The translations under genes were made by a program, and so were the position numbers. 64,000 bases of DNA from Anthoceros angustus (taxonomy: Eukaryota > Plantae > Anthocerotophyta). Below, one piece after another: positions 10,741-22,753 of the stretch. The number at the start of each line of letters is the position of its first letter. Position 1 is the stretch's first letter. Location: NCBI GenBank assembly GCA_010909165.1, contig MU008205.1:1-64000 (forward strand). Reading direction: 5' to 3'. The notes below the pieces were generated by a model that saw only the letters and a program-made list of their open reading frames with translations, was not told where the DNA came from and ran no database searches.

Positions 10741-12883
10741 GATGTGGTTCCTTCACAGTCAAATGGTAAACGATGGCTTTCGGAGTATCTACATACATTT
10801 CTTCTCAACAAGCCTGTGTCAGTTGACCTTGGGTCAAGTTAACTGCTGGCCTGACATGCTCCTGTCTTGGCCTTGGCTGCAATCGCCTTCGGCCTTTGTC
10901 CTCGTTCAGTTTTCTGTCATCTTCGTGTTGTGGGTTTCTCCAATTGTTGTTGTCCGCGATGCCCTCGACGTCGGAATGAAGTTGGTTCTATTGCATCTTC
11001 ACCGTGCTGTGTTGTATGACCAGGAAGTTTCCCAGTCACGGTTTATGGGTCCTTTCTTCCTCGAAATGTCTTCAACAGACTTCATGCCGTGTTTGCATAT
11101 GCCCGGTGCCTCTATGTGGCTCTGTGCATCGTGCTATTCTGGCCTGCGTTTGATGTGGTGCTGGTAGACCAAGTGTCAGCGGTTATACCTCTGCTGAAGC
11201 TGAAACGAAATGCCAAGGTGGGTAGATGGGTTTTAAGCAAAGTGAGTGGATGGTTTGCTGGTTGCGTTGGTCGGTAGATTTTCATACCTGAGACATGTTC
11301 TGGGGTGGTTGTTTTGCAGGTGCTGTTTTACTGTCATTTTCCAGACTTGCTGCTCGCTCAACATTCCACGAGATTGAGAAGATGTATCGTTGGCCCATTG
11401 GGTTGAAGAGACAACTGGTATGGACCACGATATTGCACCGAGACTTATGCCCTGGGACAAGCAGAAACTTCTTCTTTCCTCAAGCCTGTGAAAGTGGTTG
11501 CTTTGCTCATTCCTTCTTAGTACCTGCAGGGTATGCAGTTCCTGAGATGGAGAGAGCCGGATGCAGGAATGGCAGATCTAGTGCTGGTGAACAGTGAGTT
11601 CACGGCAAGCACCTTTGGGATGACTTTCAAGACACTCAACGGAAAAGGTCTGTCCCCAGCAGTCCTGTACCCAGCTGTGGATGTTGACCAGTTCTCGGTG
11701 CCGCCACAGGCTGATTCAGCTTCTGCATCTCAAGAATCACTGGAGAAGCTTGGGCTCCCTGCTGGCAGGTAGGAGTAAGCTATAACTTTCGCTTGTGAGT
11801 TCCATGCGTAACTTGCTTTTCTCTATGATGCCCTCATCATCCATGGGGTCTCCTGTTGCGCAGCCGTGTATTCCTATCCATCAACCGGTTCGAGAGGAAG
11901 AAGAATCTCAGATTGGCAATTTCTGCTTTCTCACGAGTCCTGGAACAGCTGAGTCAGTGTCAAGACAGTGGTGAAGTTGAAGACATCTGGCTTGTGGTTG
12001 CTGGTATGGATCACACAACGATTACTAGGTCAAGTTCAGCAGTCGTCCATGGCTACATCAATCTCTGGGCATTTTGTGCCTCCTAACATTCCTCTCGATT
12101 CAGGTGGTTACGACCCCGACTGTCTGAGAATCGTGAGTATTTCAACGAGCTGAACTCCCTTGCTCAGCAGGAGGGCGTCGCAAAGCAAGTACTCGTTTTG
12201 CCATCTTGCTCAACCTCGAAAGAAACATGCTGTTGCATGCCTGCATTTGTGTCATCTACACACCCATGGTAAGGAACAACCGCAAATTTGCCTCCTCCTG
12301 ATTTTCTTTCCAGTGGACACCACCATAATGCCATGGCGTGCATGTTATTCAGGAAGAGCATTTTGGGATTGTTCCCTTGGAAGCTATGGCTGCAGGAAAG
12401 CCCGTTGTGGCTTGCAACAGTGGAGGCCCTAAAGAAAGTATCAAACACTGTGTAACAGGCCTGCTATGTGAACCCACGCCGCAGAGTTTTTGCCAGGCCA
12501 TGTCTTCTCTACTTAGTGACCCTGAGAAGGCAAGAAGCATGGGCATCGCCGCAAGGCAGCATGTGCAAGAAACATTTTCTAGAAAGGTGTTTGGAATTCG
12601 GCTAGACAAGTTTATCAGGACCTTAGTAATGCACTAGGATGTGGTTCCTTCACAGTCAAATGGTAAACGATGGCTTTCGGAGTATCTACATACATTTCTT
12701 CTCAACAAGCCTGTGTCAGTTGACCTTGGGTCAAGTTAACTGCTGGCCTGACATGCTCCTGTCTTGGCCTTGGCTGCAATCGCCTTCGGCCTTTGTCCTC
12801 GTTCAGTTTTCTGTCATCTTCGTGTTGTGGGTTTCTCCAATTGTTGTTGTCCGCGATGCCCTCGACGTCGGAATGAAGTTGGT
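9076..12883. repeat. Direct tandem duplication of ~1.9 kb (units 9076-10976 and 10977-12873)
   Basis: Near-identical units. TGAAGTTGGT occurs at 9076, 10977 and 12874, marking the junctions. Confidence 0.95.
11024..12637 (+). pseudogene. ALG2: 5'-truncated tandem ALG2 copy (exons 3-8)
   Basis: Lacks exons 1-2. Carries 1- and 3-nt deletions in exon 4 (about 11378-11415) and two 1-nt deletions in exon 7 (about 12115 and 12217) relative to copy 1. Confidence 0.85.
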
Positions 12884-13064
12884 CCCCACTTTTGTTTGCT
12901 ACCTGTGATTGAACTTTTGCAATTGATCAGTGGAAAACAGAGCAGCTCTGAAACAGCGGATGATGGTTTTCTACAAATTGGTTTCTTAGCCAAAGATCAA
13001 GCCATGGAGTACAATTCCAACTCGTACACAACAAGGTAGCAGTACGCACGGCGTAAACGTAACA

Positions 13065-16000
13065 ATGCCAGGACGCCATCAAGCGGACGCACCGCAATCC
13101 CGACCTAGAAGCAAGTTCTCAAGCAGTGCTGAAATTGTCAGGGGTCCTTCGCTTCCTCCTGAAGTCCACGATGATATCCATGCTGCTATGTTTGTGCTAC
13201 ATTCTGCTTAACACCAACAAAGAGCTGAAGTGCACAAATTTTGCCCATGCACCGGAGCTCAAGAGCTTCATTTTGCCTTAACCTGCAAGATTACAGATAA
13301 AAGGCGAGCTTTTCTTTCACGTGCACTTTCTTGATTGGGAGCCAACCTTCCAGCCGCCCCCAACATGCAGCCTGTTTTTCAAATGGTGGGGACTCCCCCC
13401 AGAGCAAATTGCAACTCTAGCCATTCCCACTGTTGGTTACAGACCCCTCAATGTTACTGCAATGTTTCCTCTCAAATCCGGACAAAAGCACCTTGTCAGG
13501 TAATAGACTTCTTCTTCAGGGACCTATTTACCATTTGGCACTGTATGGTGTTGCCTGACACTTGGCCTCAACTTGGAGAACCCAAGAAGGCAAGTTTCCC
13601 CTCCTCCTTATTGCTGGATTGCCTTCTTGACAGGTACTTTCAGGATATGGGGTCGCTGGACCTCGTGGTGGCAAGAGATAGGAAAGCATGGGGTGGTCAT
13701 GATTCAGCTGGAAGCACGGTTGGCACTTCAAGCCTCTCAGTGCAAGGCCTGGACGAAAGGCACCCCATTAATGCAAGCTGTCCCGTTTATGATGAGGCTC
13801 AGAGGTTCATTGGCACGCTCTCCGTGCAAGTGCAGGTGAGACTTTGTATAACTCCTCCGCGGGGGAGGGGGGGGTGAGGAGGAGGGGGTGAGCCTCGTTG
13901 TTTTCCAGCTTCTGCTTTTGCGTACACGAGAATTACCTTTTCTGCCCTCACCTAGTGCTATTGAGTGGCAGGTTCACAACAAAAAGAAGAACCGGAAACC
14001 ATCAACGGGAAAAGGTTGCGGTGAGTTGGCCCGAGATACGCATCTTGCCAAACACATTCCAGGAGCTTAATGTTGTTTGTCACATCTTCGGCTTTCCTTG
14101 TTTACCAGGACCCCCAAGCAACAGTCCCAAAGCGACGAAAACTCAGTGGGCTTCTTTTTCACACCTGGATGTTGATGACTTATTGAATTACAGCGAGAAA
14201 CAGGTTCTGTCAGATGTTTCCCATGACAAGTCAGATGCAGTATCAGCAGAACTGAAGCGACCCGGAAACCCAACATCCGAACCTATTCAGGCATTTGCTG
14301 AGAGTGACACGGATCCTACAATCGAGCACTTGCACGGTACAGAAGCACAAGATAACTCCAACAGCAGATATGACCAACAAATGATGTCATACCCAAGGTC
14401 CCTGTCCTTTTTAGAAGATGAGCACGCGGGCAACAATGCACTAGGTAAATCATGGTATGATGTGGGAGCCCACAGTACATGCTCAACAGATGATCAGTCA
14501 CCAAGAGAAGCAGGGTCTGATTCCTTCTCGGATGTGACTGTTGTAGAGAAGACCCATCTGTTGGGCATTGATGATGAAACTGCGGAAATGGTGTCAAGGA
14601 TTGGGCGCCAGATCAGGAAGCAAATGAAGTTTGACTCTCCTGAGAATCTTGCTCCTCTGAGAAACAGTTCTGGGTTATGGTCAGATAATATCGAGAAAGT
14701 AACGTCCTTGGATTCTTCTGAAGGGGTTGTGAAGGCGTTCCTGGCAGGGGGAGCATGTCTGAACTTGCTAGACCATGACGATAATACATCACACCTTGAC
14801 AAGAAACCTAAGCAAGCAGACACAGTGACTGGTTTGTGTTCTAAAGAGATGGATCGGGTGCTCAGCAGATGGTTTGGGAAGACTGTCGCTCCCTCGGATA
14901 GGTCAGGCGAAAATTCCAGCAAGGACCTGCTAAACGATAAACTTGATAGGCTCATAAGTGACATGAAGCAGGCAGAAACCTGGGAATCAACGTTGAACAG
15001 CCCAAGAAGGCAAGAACATGGGGAAGGCGATGTGTCACCAGAAAGTGAAGACCAGGTTGATGCATTCCAGGCAAACCTGTCGGCTGAGCTCACCTCTTAC
15101 TTTCATTCCCAAAAGCCTGACAGTGGGAAGGAGACAAGAGCAACTAGAGAACGCCATGTCCAGAAACGAAGACGAGATGAAAGTCCCTTGAAAGGGTGTC
15201 AGAAAAGTCTTGGCATCCAGGTCAATTTCAGTACGATGCAACAGGATCGGGTGCATGGAGCGAAGAACATTGCCTGTGGTGCAGCAACAGATGACCATGC
15301 AAATGGCGCTCACGCAGAGCACTTGCTTGAAGCTTCCGTTGAAGATCCAAGAAAGGCATCAAATTTTGAGAGACGAGGAGCTCTCCTGAACGGCCTGCAA
15401 ACTTATGCCGGGAGGCCGAGCACAACTGTTGAAAGAGCAACTCAGGACAAGGCTACCAGTGTTGATAATTTGGGAGGTACGGACAGCAAGGGTTATCGAG
15501 CTCAATCTGGTTTCCATTTTGAGAATGAGGAAAGGGTCACACAGGAACCCATGGAGGCACCAACATCGGAGGTGAACTCCGTGAACAAATTTGTTCGTCG
15601 GGCTGCAGCTCTGCGTGATGCCATGGCACGGACATGCTCTGTACCTCTGAGCTCAGATGTGACACAGAAAAAGCCTTCGGCAGTGAAGGCTCCCACTGTG
15701 CCAGTCACCTTGCAATGCAGGCGAGTTGATCAGGCCAAGGATATAGGGCTCTGTTTCCCAGGGTCTGGTAAAAAACTGTCTGTGGGCGATGATGCCGGGG
15801 AGTCAGGAAATCACGGTTGTAAAGAGAATGGACTGCTGGCAACAGTGCTAAAGAAGCTTGACAGTGAAAGGCGGGTTTATGAAGACACAGAAAGAGACTC
15901 ACACTTTATGAATCACATAGTAAAGTGCCTGGATCCCAAGTTGTTGTCTGACGGGCAGGAAGATCCGCAGGAAGTTGCAGAAGAAGCTCTGCTGAAGGAG

Positions 16001-19000
16001 CTTTTCTTCCCAGGGGGAGAGAGTGACTCGGATTATCATCCAGAGAAGCACATGGGTCACAGGGGCACTGAAGCTTTAGCTGTAGAGTCTCCAAGACAGA
16101 TGATTTCTTCTGCAAAAGAAGGTCCATTGTGCTTAGCTGTTTCAATAGAAAACCTGGTCCTTCTGGATTCACATGCTAGAGACCTTACTTCTTGTACATG
16201 CTTGCTGACTCTTTGTTTTCCTGCTGTTAAGCTCCTAGTTGCGGATATCAAAACATCACCGGAGCAAATAGTCTCCGTTTCCCCTGTTGAGAAGCAGAAG
16301 CGTGAACTTCGTTTTGAACATCAATCTCAATTCTATTGGCAGCTTCCTTCGGGAGAGTCAGGGCTGCATGCCTGGAGATCACAATCTGTGAGAGTGAATA
16401 TCTCCTTGAAGTGGCCTTCTAGTGATGTGTGTCGCTGTGAGGGGAGCATACCTTTAGAGACTGTCATTCAGTCCATGCCTCTATCTTACTGCACAGGTTT
16501 GCGACTTATCAAGGTGAAGGAGTTCACTAGATCTCCATGGAAGGACAATGCCACACGTCCGAGGACAACTCACAAGACTGTGGCCCGTGCAGCTGCAAAT
16601 TGCTTGAGAGTTGCGAAGGATGAAATCCAGTTACTTGACAGTAAAGACAGTCATAGGAAGAAGAAGACTGCTAACAAAATGAAGTCGGGAGTTGAAGCTA
16701 AGCCTTCACCATCAACGGACAGAACACCACATGTCTACGCATCCCTCAACATTGGACTTAGGCTATTCCAAAGTGCGAATCCAGCTTGGGCACTACCAAC
16801 TCCAGCATTGGAGGTTAGGCTGGATAGAACTATTGACTGGATTTCGTTAAGCTTCCAAATGTTCCTGTGTAAATTCACAGTAGAATCTTATCTGAAATTG
16901 CAGGACCCTCACCAACATCAGAGGCAAGATACTGATTCTTCTGTTCCAGAACAAGAGCAGGTCTGAAGTCTTTGCCCCTCTGTTCTCCTTCTCTCTTTGT
17001 CACAATCAATGAAAACTTGCAGAGTCAGGACTACGGATTCTTTTCAGCTACATCTTCTAAGCTACCAGTGTCTGTTTGCAGGGCACCTCCTGGTTTTATG
17101 TCAGTGTGGATTTTTTTAAGAACTCTGAATCAGAGTGTGGGAGCCAAAACTTGGACTTGGTAATTAAACTGAGCTCCGAAACAGTCTCCAGGACACCATT
17201 CTCGCCTCCAGTTGACGTACAGGGACCCTTGACAAGAGCATCTGTGACAAAACGTCATGCTGATGCAGTAATACCTTCATCTGGGGGCAGTAAGGTGACG
17301 ATGATGTTTCTGGAGATTTGGAGGGCAAACTGTGGGCTAACAACAGATGGACTCGACCATCTTGTAGGCCTGATCAAGGTACCTTTGGCAAACAGGAAGA
17401 ATTCTGAGACCGTTGCTGCCGAGGTATACCCGGTCTATAACCCATTCAAGGACTGTGTGTGTGGAGATATGAACGTTATGGTGATGAGAGGACTGGAGCC
17501 GGACATGTTAAAACTGCAAAAGGCACATAATGCTGCTTCAGCAGCACCAACAGACACTAGAGACCTGGTCAGAAGGGAACGAGTCCCTTACATGGAGGTG
17601 CCAGGCATCCGAACGACCACAGAACAGAGAGCAAACTCTCCAAATGTAAGGCTGCAAGCATTTAGTGCAGGAAACGCCAAGACATTTTTCCTTGGAACTG
17701 ACGTCTGGGACATTTCCTGACAAAAATGCTGTCTTGTCAGCACTTTCACAAGCATCTAGATGAAAACTAGATTTAACTTGAGGCTGAAGGAGAGTGAAGC
17801 CTGCTAATGTACTTTATGATTTCTCAGCACAGTGCAATGACCAGGCACGTGTTTGAGGTGAAAGTTCAGGAAGCGTCGGGCCTTCCCGATGCAAAATCTC
17901 TCTGTTTCCACGGATGTTCATCAACTGGTAAGCTCCTAGTGGTATGAGTTTTATTGCATTTGGGAGATAAATTGTGAGGAGAAGGTAATGTTGCTGTCAT
18001 TTGCAGGAATGTCATTTTATCCTGCTTCAGGGGGTGCCTTCATCAAATACATGTTTCCAGGCGAGGAGGAGCCGCTCTTCACACAAGTCTGTGTCCTGCA
18101 GTGGCGTAGGCTCCTCACTGTGGAACGATTTGTACATGTGCACATTTGATCTGTTCTTTTATTGTGCTTTGCTGCTGGGTTCAAATCGCAGGAGGTCAAG
18201 TGGAATAGTCAGATGTGTTTTCAAGCCTCTGTGCGGCATGGTATTAGCTTGCCCACTGGAGGGAGCTTGAGAAAGCACCTTGAGAATGGCGGCTGTAGCA
18301 ACCTGAGGTTTGAAATTTGGGGATATTTTTCTGGAATCTGGAGCTATGAACCTGAAGTGCTACAAGCCCTGGAAAACTTGGATATCAATCGTCGGAGGAG
18401 AATGGACGTACTGAAGAAGGCCAGAGTGAGGGAGCATGCGAACTTTGGAACAGACCAAGAGCACCAGATCGGAACCGCTATTTTACCTCAGCAGAGAATG
18501 TTTGACCTACTGAAAGAATGGACAAGGGCTGGATCAGCAGTAGAGGTAGGCTGTTTCATCTTTGAACCTTGCAACTGAGTGATGTCGAAGTGCTGATTGC
18601 ACAAGTATGCGAAGTTACATCTGAAATTCCAGGTCTGACAACTAACAGGTACGGAGGACTTTCCACATACCTGTTATTCTGGAAGACGAGTTGCAGCTAT
18701 TGGATTCGGAGGTTCCCACGTTGATTGTCCAAATTGCTTATGGAAGGTGTGAAGACGAACAGCGAGAGAATCTCCTTGCTGACACCATCTTCGATGATAG
18801 CAGTCTACGAAGCGTTATGCACCGCGGGCCTATTGAAGCCTCCCTTGAGATCAGTATCATCAGGGCCAAAGGTCTCCAGGTACCCATCCACCCCATTCAG
18901 GCTCGTTGTCATCAAACTGCTAATGTAGCGCAGTTACTTTCAGCACACTCTCTTTTGTCCCAAGCTAAAGAACGATGCACTTCACTTGGAAATTTGGATG

Positions 19001-19660
19001 TTGCAGAATGCACTGGAAGCAGCTACCCTACACAGATCCTCCGTGTCGGATGCGTTTGTTGATGGGGTGACATCTTGTGTGCGATTCTCTCTCTTTCCCT
19101 GCAATCACAAGCTTGAGCAAAGCTATCCGCCCAGTAGCACCCCTTTCAAGGTTGTGAGTAGCAGTTGTCCAAGTTCATCGCATTCATCCCGTGCTGCATA
19201 TTCCACCACTCAATGGTTTTAGATTTTGTCAGATGCTAACACGCATATCATGCAGGCACAAGTCCTTGATCCGTACTACGGATGGACAAAACGGATGCCT
19301 CTCTTCTTAGATGCTCTTGTTATCAAGTCTCTCAAGACAGGCAACATGACTTTCGAAGTGTGGCACTCCACTATGAGGGCCAAACCTGCTGACAAAGAGG
19401 TGTGGCTAGGCACTGCTTCAACACCATGCCTGCCGCTCCTTCGCAATGCAGAAGGTGAGGGATTGCCTCATCATCCTGTTGGTGTTCGCTGCCCATGGCT
19501 GATCAGAAACATGAGCATGTCTAAACAATGTGCACACCCTGGTGCAGGAGTCAGCGGATGGTTCAACCTGCTCTCCAGACAAGGTGAAATTGTTGGAGCA
19601 TTAGAAGTGGATGTTCGCTTCACAGGCTGGCGGCCATGCCAAGAACCACAAAATTTCTAG
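13065..19660 (+). CDS. C2CD3: C2 domain-containing protein 3-like (multi-C2 centriole/cilium protein), multi-exon with a ~2.7-kb exon at 14109-~16812
   Basis: N-terminal exons read PSLPPE / IKGELFFHVHFLDW..CSLFFKWWG..MFPLKSGQKHLVR|YFQDMGSLDLVV..VGTSSLSV..INASCPV..IGTLSVQV, matching the remembered C2CD3 N-terminal C2 domain. Later C2-like segments include VFEVKVQEASGLP, LEISIIRAKGLQ and FEVWH..LGTAS..GVSGWFNLL. Start, stop and some internal exon borders are uncertain. Confidence 0.75.
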
Positions 19661-19867
19661 TGAAGTTCGTGAAGTTGAGTTCAAAAGTATGTACATAGTG
19701 CAGCGAGAAAGGCATGGACGCGTGTCCACAGCTGGACGTTTCATTCGTGTACCTCACCCTTACTCCGCGCGGGATGTCATAGTCCTGGGTCGTCTTTCGC
19801 CCACGCACTCGGCACTTGTTGCTGTCTGTCTTGGCTGTCCTCTCTGGTTAGACAAGGCTAAGGTGCC

Positions 19868-21256
19868 ATGGAGAAAGCAGAGCAAGAACAGCTCAGAGAC
19901 ACAGGCGTGAAAGCCTTCCTGGAGCAGGCTAAAGATGGCCTGTCAAGAATTGCAGAAATCTACATCAGGCCAGAACACGAGCGACCCAATCTGGTGGAAG
20001 CCAAAAGGCTGGCCGAGACTCTCGAGGTCCCTGTTATCGACTTGGGGAAGCTCAGCCTACCCAGACAGGACGAAGGACGAAGGCAAGCGCTGCTAGAGAT
20101 GGATCGAGCCTGCCGAGAGTGGGGATTCTTCCAGGTTCACAGCAGTCGTTACTGCCCGATGGGAAGTTTCGTTCTTGGACCAATTGTCTAAAGTCTGGTG
20201 TGGTCCAGGTGATCAACCATGGCGTCCCAGAGCAGCTGATTACGGACTTCAAGGCTCTCGGGGCAGCCATCTTCTCCATGCCTTCGGAGAGGATCCGGGG
20301 GACTCTTAGAGCGGACCCGGCTCTCCATCCCAGCGTAGGAAGATTTGAGACTGGCTTCTCAGCTCGTACTGTCAAGGTGCTGGAGTGGCGGGATGTTCTC
20401 TGGCACTATTTTCCTGACAACTGGGAGTCTGACCCTCGACCTTGGCCTGCCACTGCCGAGCCTGCAGGATACAAGTGCTAACAGCTCTCCTCTTCTTAGC
20501 AACCTGTTCCATCCCCTTGAAATTTGTGTATGCATCTGACATGGATGATGGATTCCTGAAATGTTGTGTTTGCTGCAGGGAGACTTTATTTTCTTACAAG
20601 AAGCAGGTGGGGAAGCTGACTGAGACGATCCTGGACGCCATGGCAGAGAACCTGGGGCTGGAAGATGGCTACCTCAACGATGTTTTCGGCTGGGACTACG
20701 CCCCCTATGTTCTGAACATGAACTACTACCCTGCCTGTCCCGAGCCAGAGCTCACCCTGGGCATCAGTAGCCACACAGATACCACAGCCATCACGGTGCT
20801 TTTGCAAGACGAGGTGGGAGGATTGCAGGTTAAGAGAAACGGTAGCTGGATTACTGTGGAGCCAATTCCTAACGCCTTTGTCGTCAACATCGGGGATTCC
20901 GTGCAGGTCATTCACCTATATAGGTTCCCCATCCTGTGCAGCATAGTCACTTGTCCACACGAGATTGAACCTCATAATGTCATCGTTTCTGGATGCAGGC
21001 GGTGACGAACGGGACATACCAAAGTGTGGAACATCGAACCTTCACGAAGCGTGAGAGCAATCGCATGTCATTCCCAGCATTCCACAGGCCCAAGCCAGAT
21101 TGCTTGATCAGTCCTGCACCAGCACTTGTCACCCCAGAGCGGCCTGCCTTGTACAGAAACTACCTGTTTCAGGAATACCTCACTGCATTCCTCTCCCAAG
21201 GACTGCAGGGAGGAAAGGCCATACTTTCCAACTTCCTCCTCTACCCGCCAAACTGA
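19868..21256 (+). CDS. 2-oxoglutarate/Fe(II)-dependent dioxygenase (DOXC class), 4 exons
   Basis: Exons 19868-20134, 20209-20474, 20579-20906, 20999-21256. Motifs VPVIDL, ACREWGFFQVINHGVP, NYYPACP, HTD, SVEHR and RMS (RxS). Confidence 0.92.
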
Positions 21257-21454
21257 CCAGATTGCTGGCCTTGATGATCCCAAAAGCCTGTGAGAGACGT
21301 CAGCCCAGCTGTCCACATCTTACGCTTTGTAAATATCTTGTACGGTACGAGGCGAATTGGCATCAAGATGACCCAAGGTCTCCTCTCACCCTTCCTCAGT
21401 TATTTGTCTGAGTTCTTTCTGTTGAACGCTTACTGTACAATCCATAACACGACC

Positions 21455-22753
21455 ATGGCAGTCCAGGACCAGCTGCGAGTAACCGGAGTGAAGTCGTTTC
21501 TGGAACAGGCCGGAGATGGGCAAATCCAAATCGCTGAAATCTACGTCAAGCCAATCAAGGACCGACCCGATGCGGTGGAAGCAATGAAGGTGCCGGAGAG
21601 CTGGAAAGTTCCTGTCATCGATTTGCAGAAATTGAGCCGTGGCAACCCCGGAAGGAAGGAGGCGATGCAGGAAATGGATCGGGCGTGCCGGGAGTGGGGG
21701 ATGTTCCAGGTAACTTGTTGCAGGTTGTGTTGGGAATTCGAAGGCGGGCACTTGGTCTGCCTGCTGGGTCTGATGCCACATTGTTGTCCCTTCACTGAAA
21801 TGCACTGTACTGTCAGGTGGTGAACCACGGAGTTCCCCAAGAGGTGGTCGCCCGTTACAAGGATTTGGGCAAGGCCATCTTCTCCATGCCGTCGCAGGAG
21901 CTGAGGGAGACTCTGAAAGGCGACCCGTCCTTGCACCCCAGCACGGGGCAATTCTCCGTCGCCTTCTCCTCTCACACCACCGAGACACTGGACTGGCGGG
22001 ATGTGGTCATCCACGTGTTCCCTGAAAACTGGCAGTCCGACACCCGGCCCTTCCCTGCCAAGCCACCAGGATACAAGTAAATCCGCGCTCCCGCTTCCTG
22101 CTTTCCTTTCTTCTTTGCGCAGGATCTACACGCCTAACTGCCTATTGCTGTTCAGAGAGACGCTGTTCCGATACCGGGAGGAGGTTGGGGACCTCATGCT
22201 CAGCATACTGGGAGCGGTGGCGGAAAATTTGGGGCTGCAAAATCCCGACATCAAAGCTTTGTTCGGCGCGGAGGACTACCCCTATGTGCTTAACATGAAC
22301 TACTACCCGGCATGCCCGCAGCCTGACCTGACTCTGGGTATCACGTGCCACACGGACAACACAATCCTGACAGTCCTGCTGCAAGACGATGTGAGCGGGC
22401 TCCAGGTGAAGCACGAGGGCAAGTGGGTGGCCGTGGACGCTCTTCCCGACGCCTTCGTCATCAACCTGGGGGACTCCATGCACGCACTCACTAACGCTGT
22501 CTACCAGAGCGCCGAGCATCGCAGCCTGGTGAACCGGGACACTCCCCGCATGTCGTTTGCCGCTTTCCTCCGCCCGAAGTCGGATCTGCTCATCACTCCT
22601 TTGCCGGGGATGGTAACGCCGGAGCGGCCAGCTCTCTACAGAGACTATTTGTTCGGAGAGTATCTGTCCATCTTCCTTTCCGCTGGGCTGCAGGAAGGAA
22701 GGGCCATTCTCTCTCGCTTCCTCCGCCATGGGGAAGCTGCAGCCCAGGGTTAG
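21455..22753 (+). CDS. 2-oxoglutarate/Fe(II)-dependent dioxygenase (DOXC class), tandem paralog, 3 exons
   Basis: Exons 21455-21709, 21817-22076, 22156-22753. Motifs ACREWGMFQVVNHGVP, NYYPACP, HTD, SAEHR and RMS. Confidence 0.92.
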
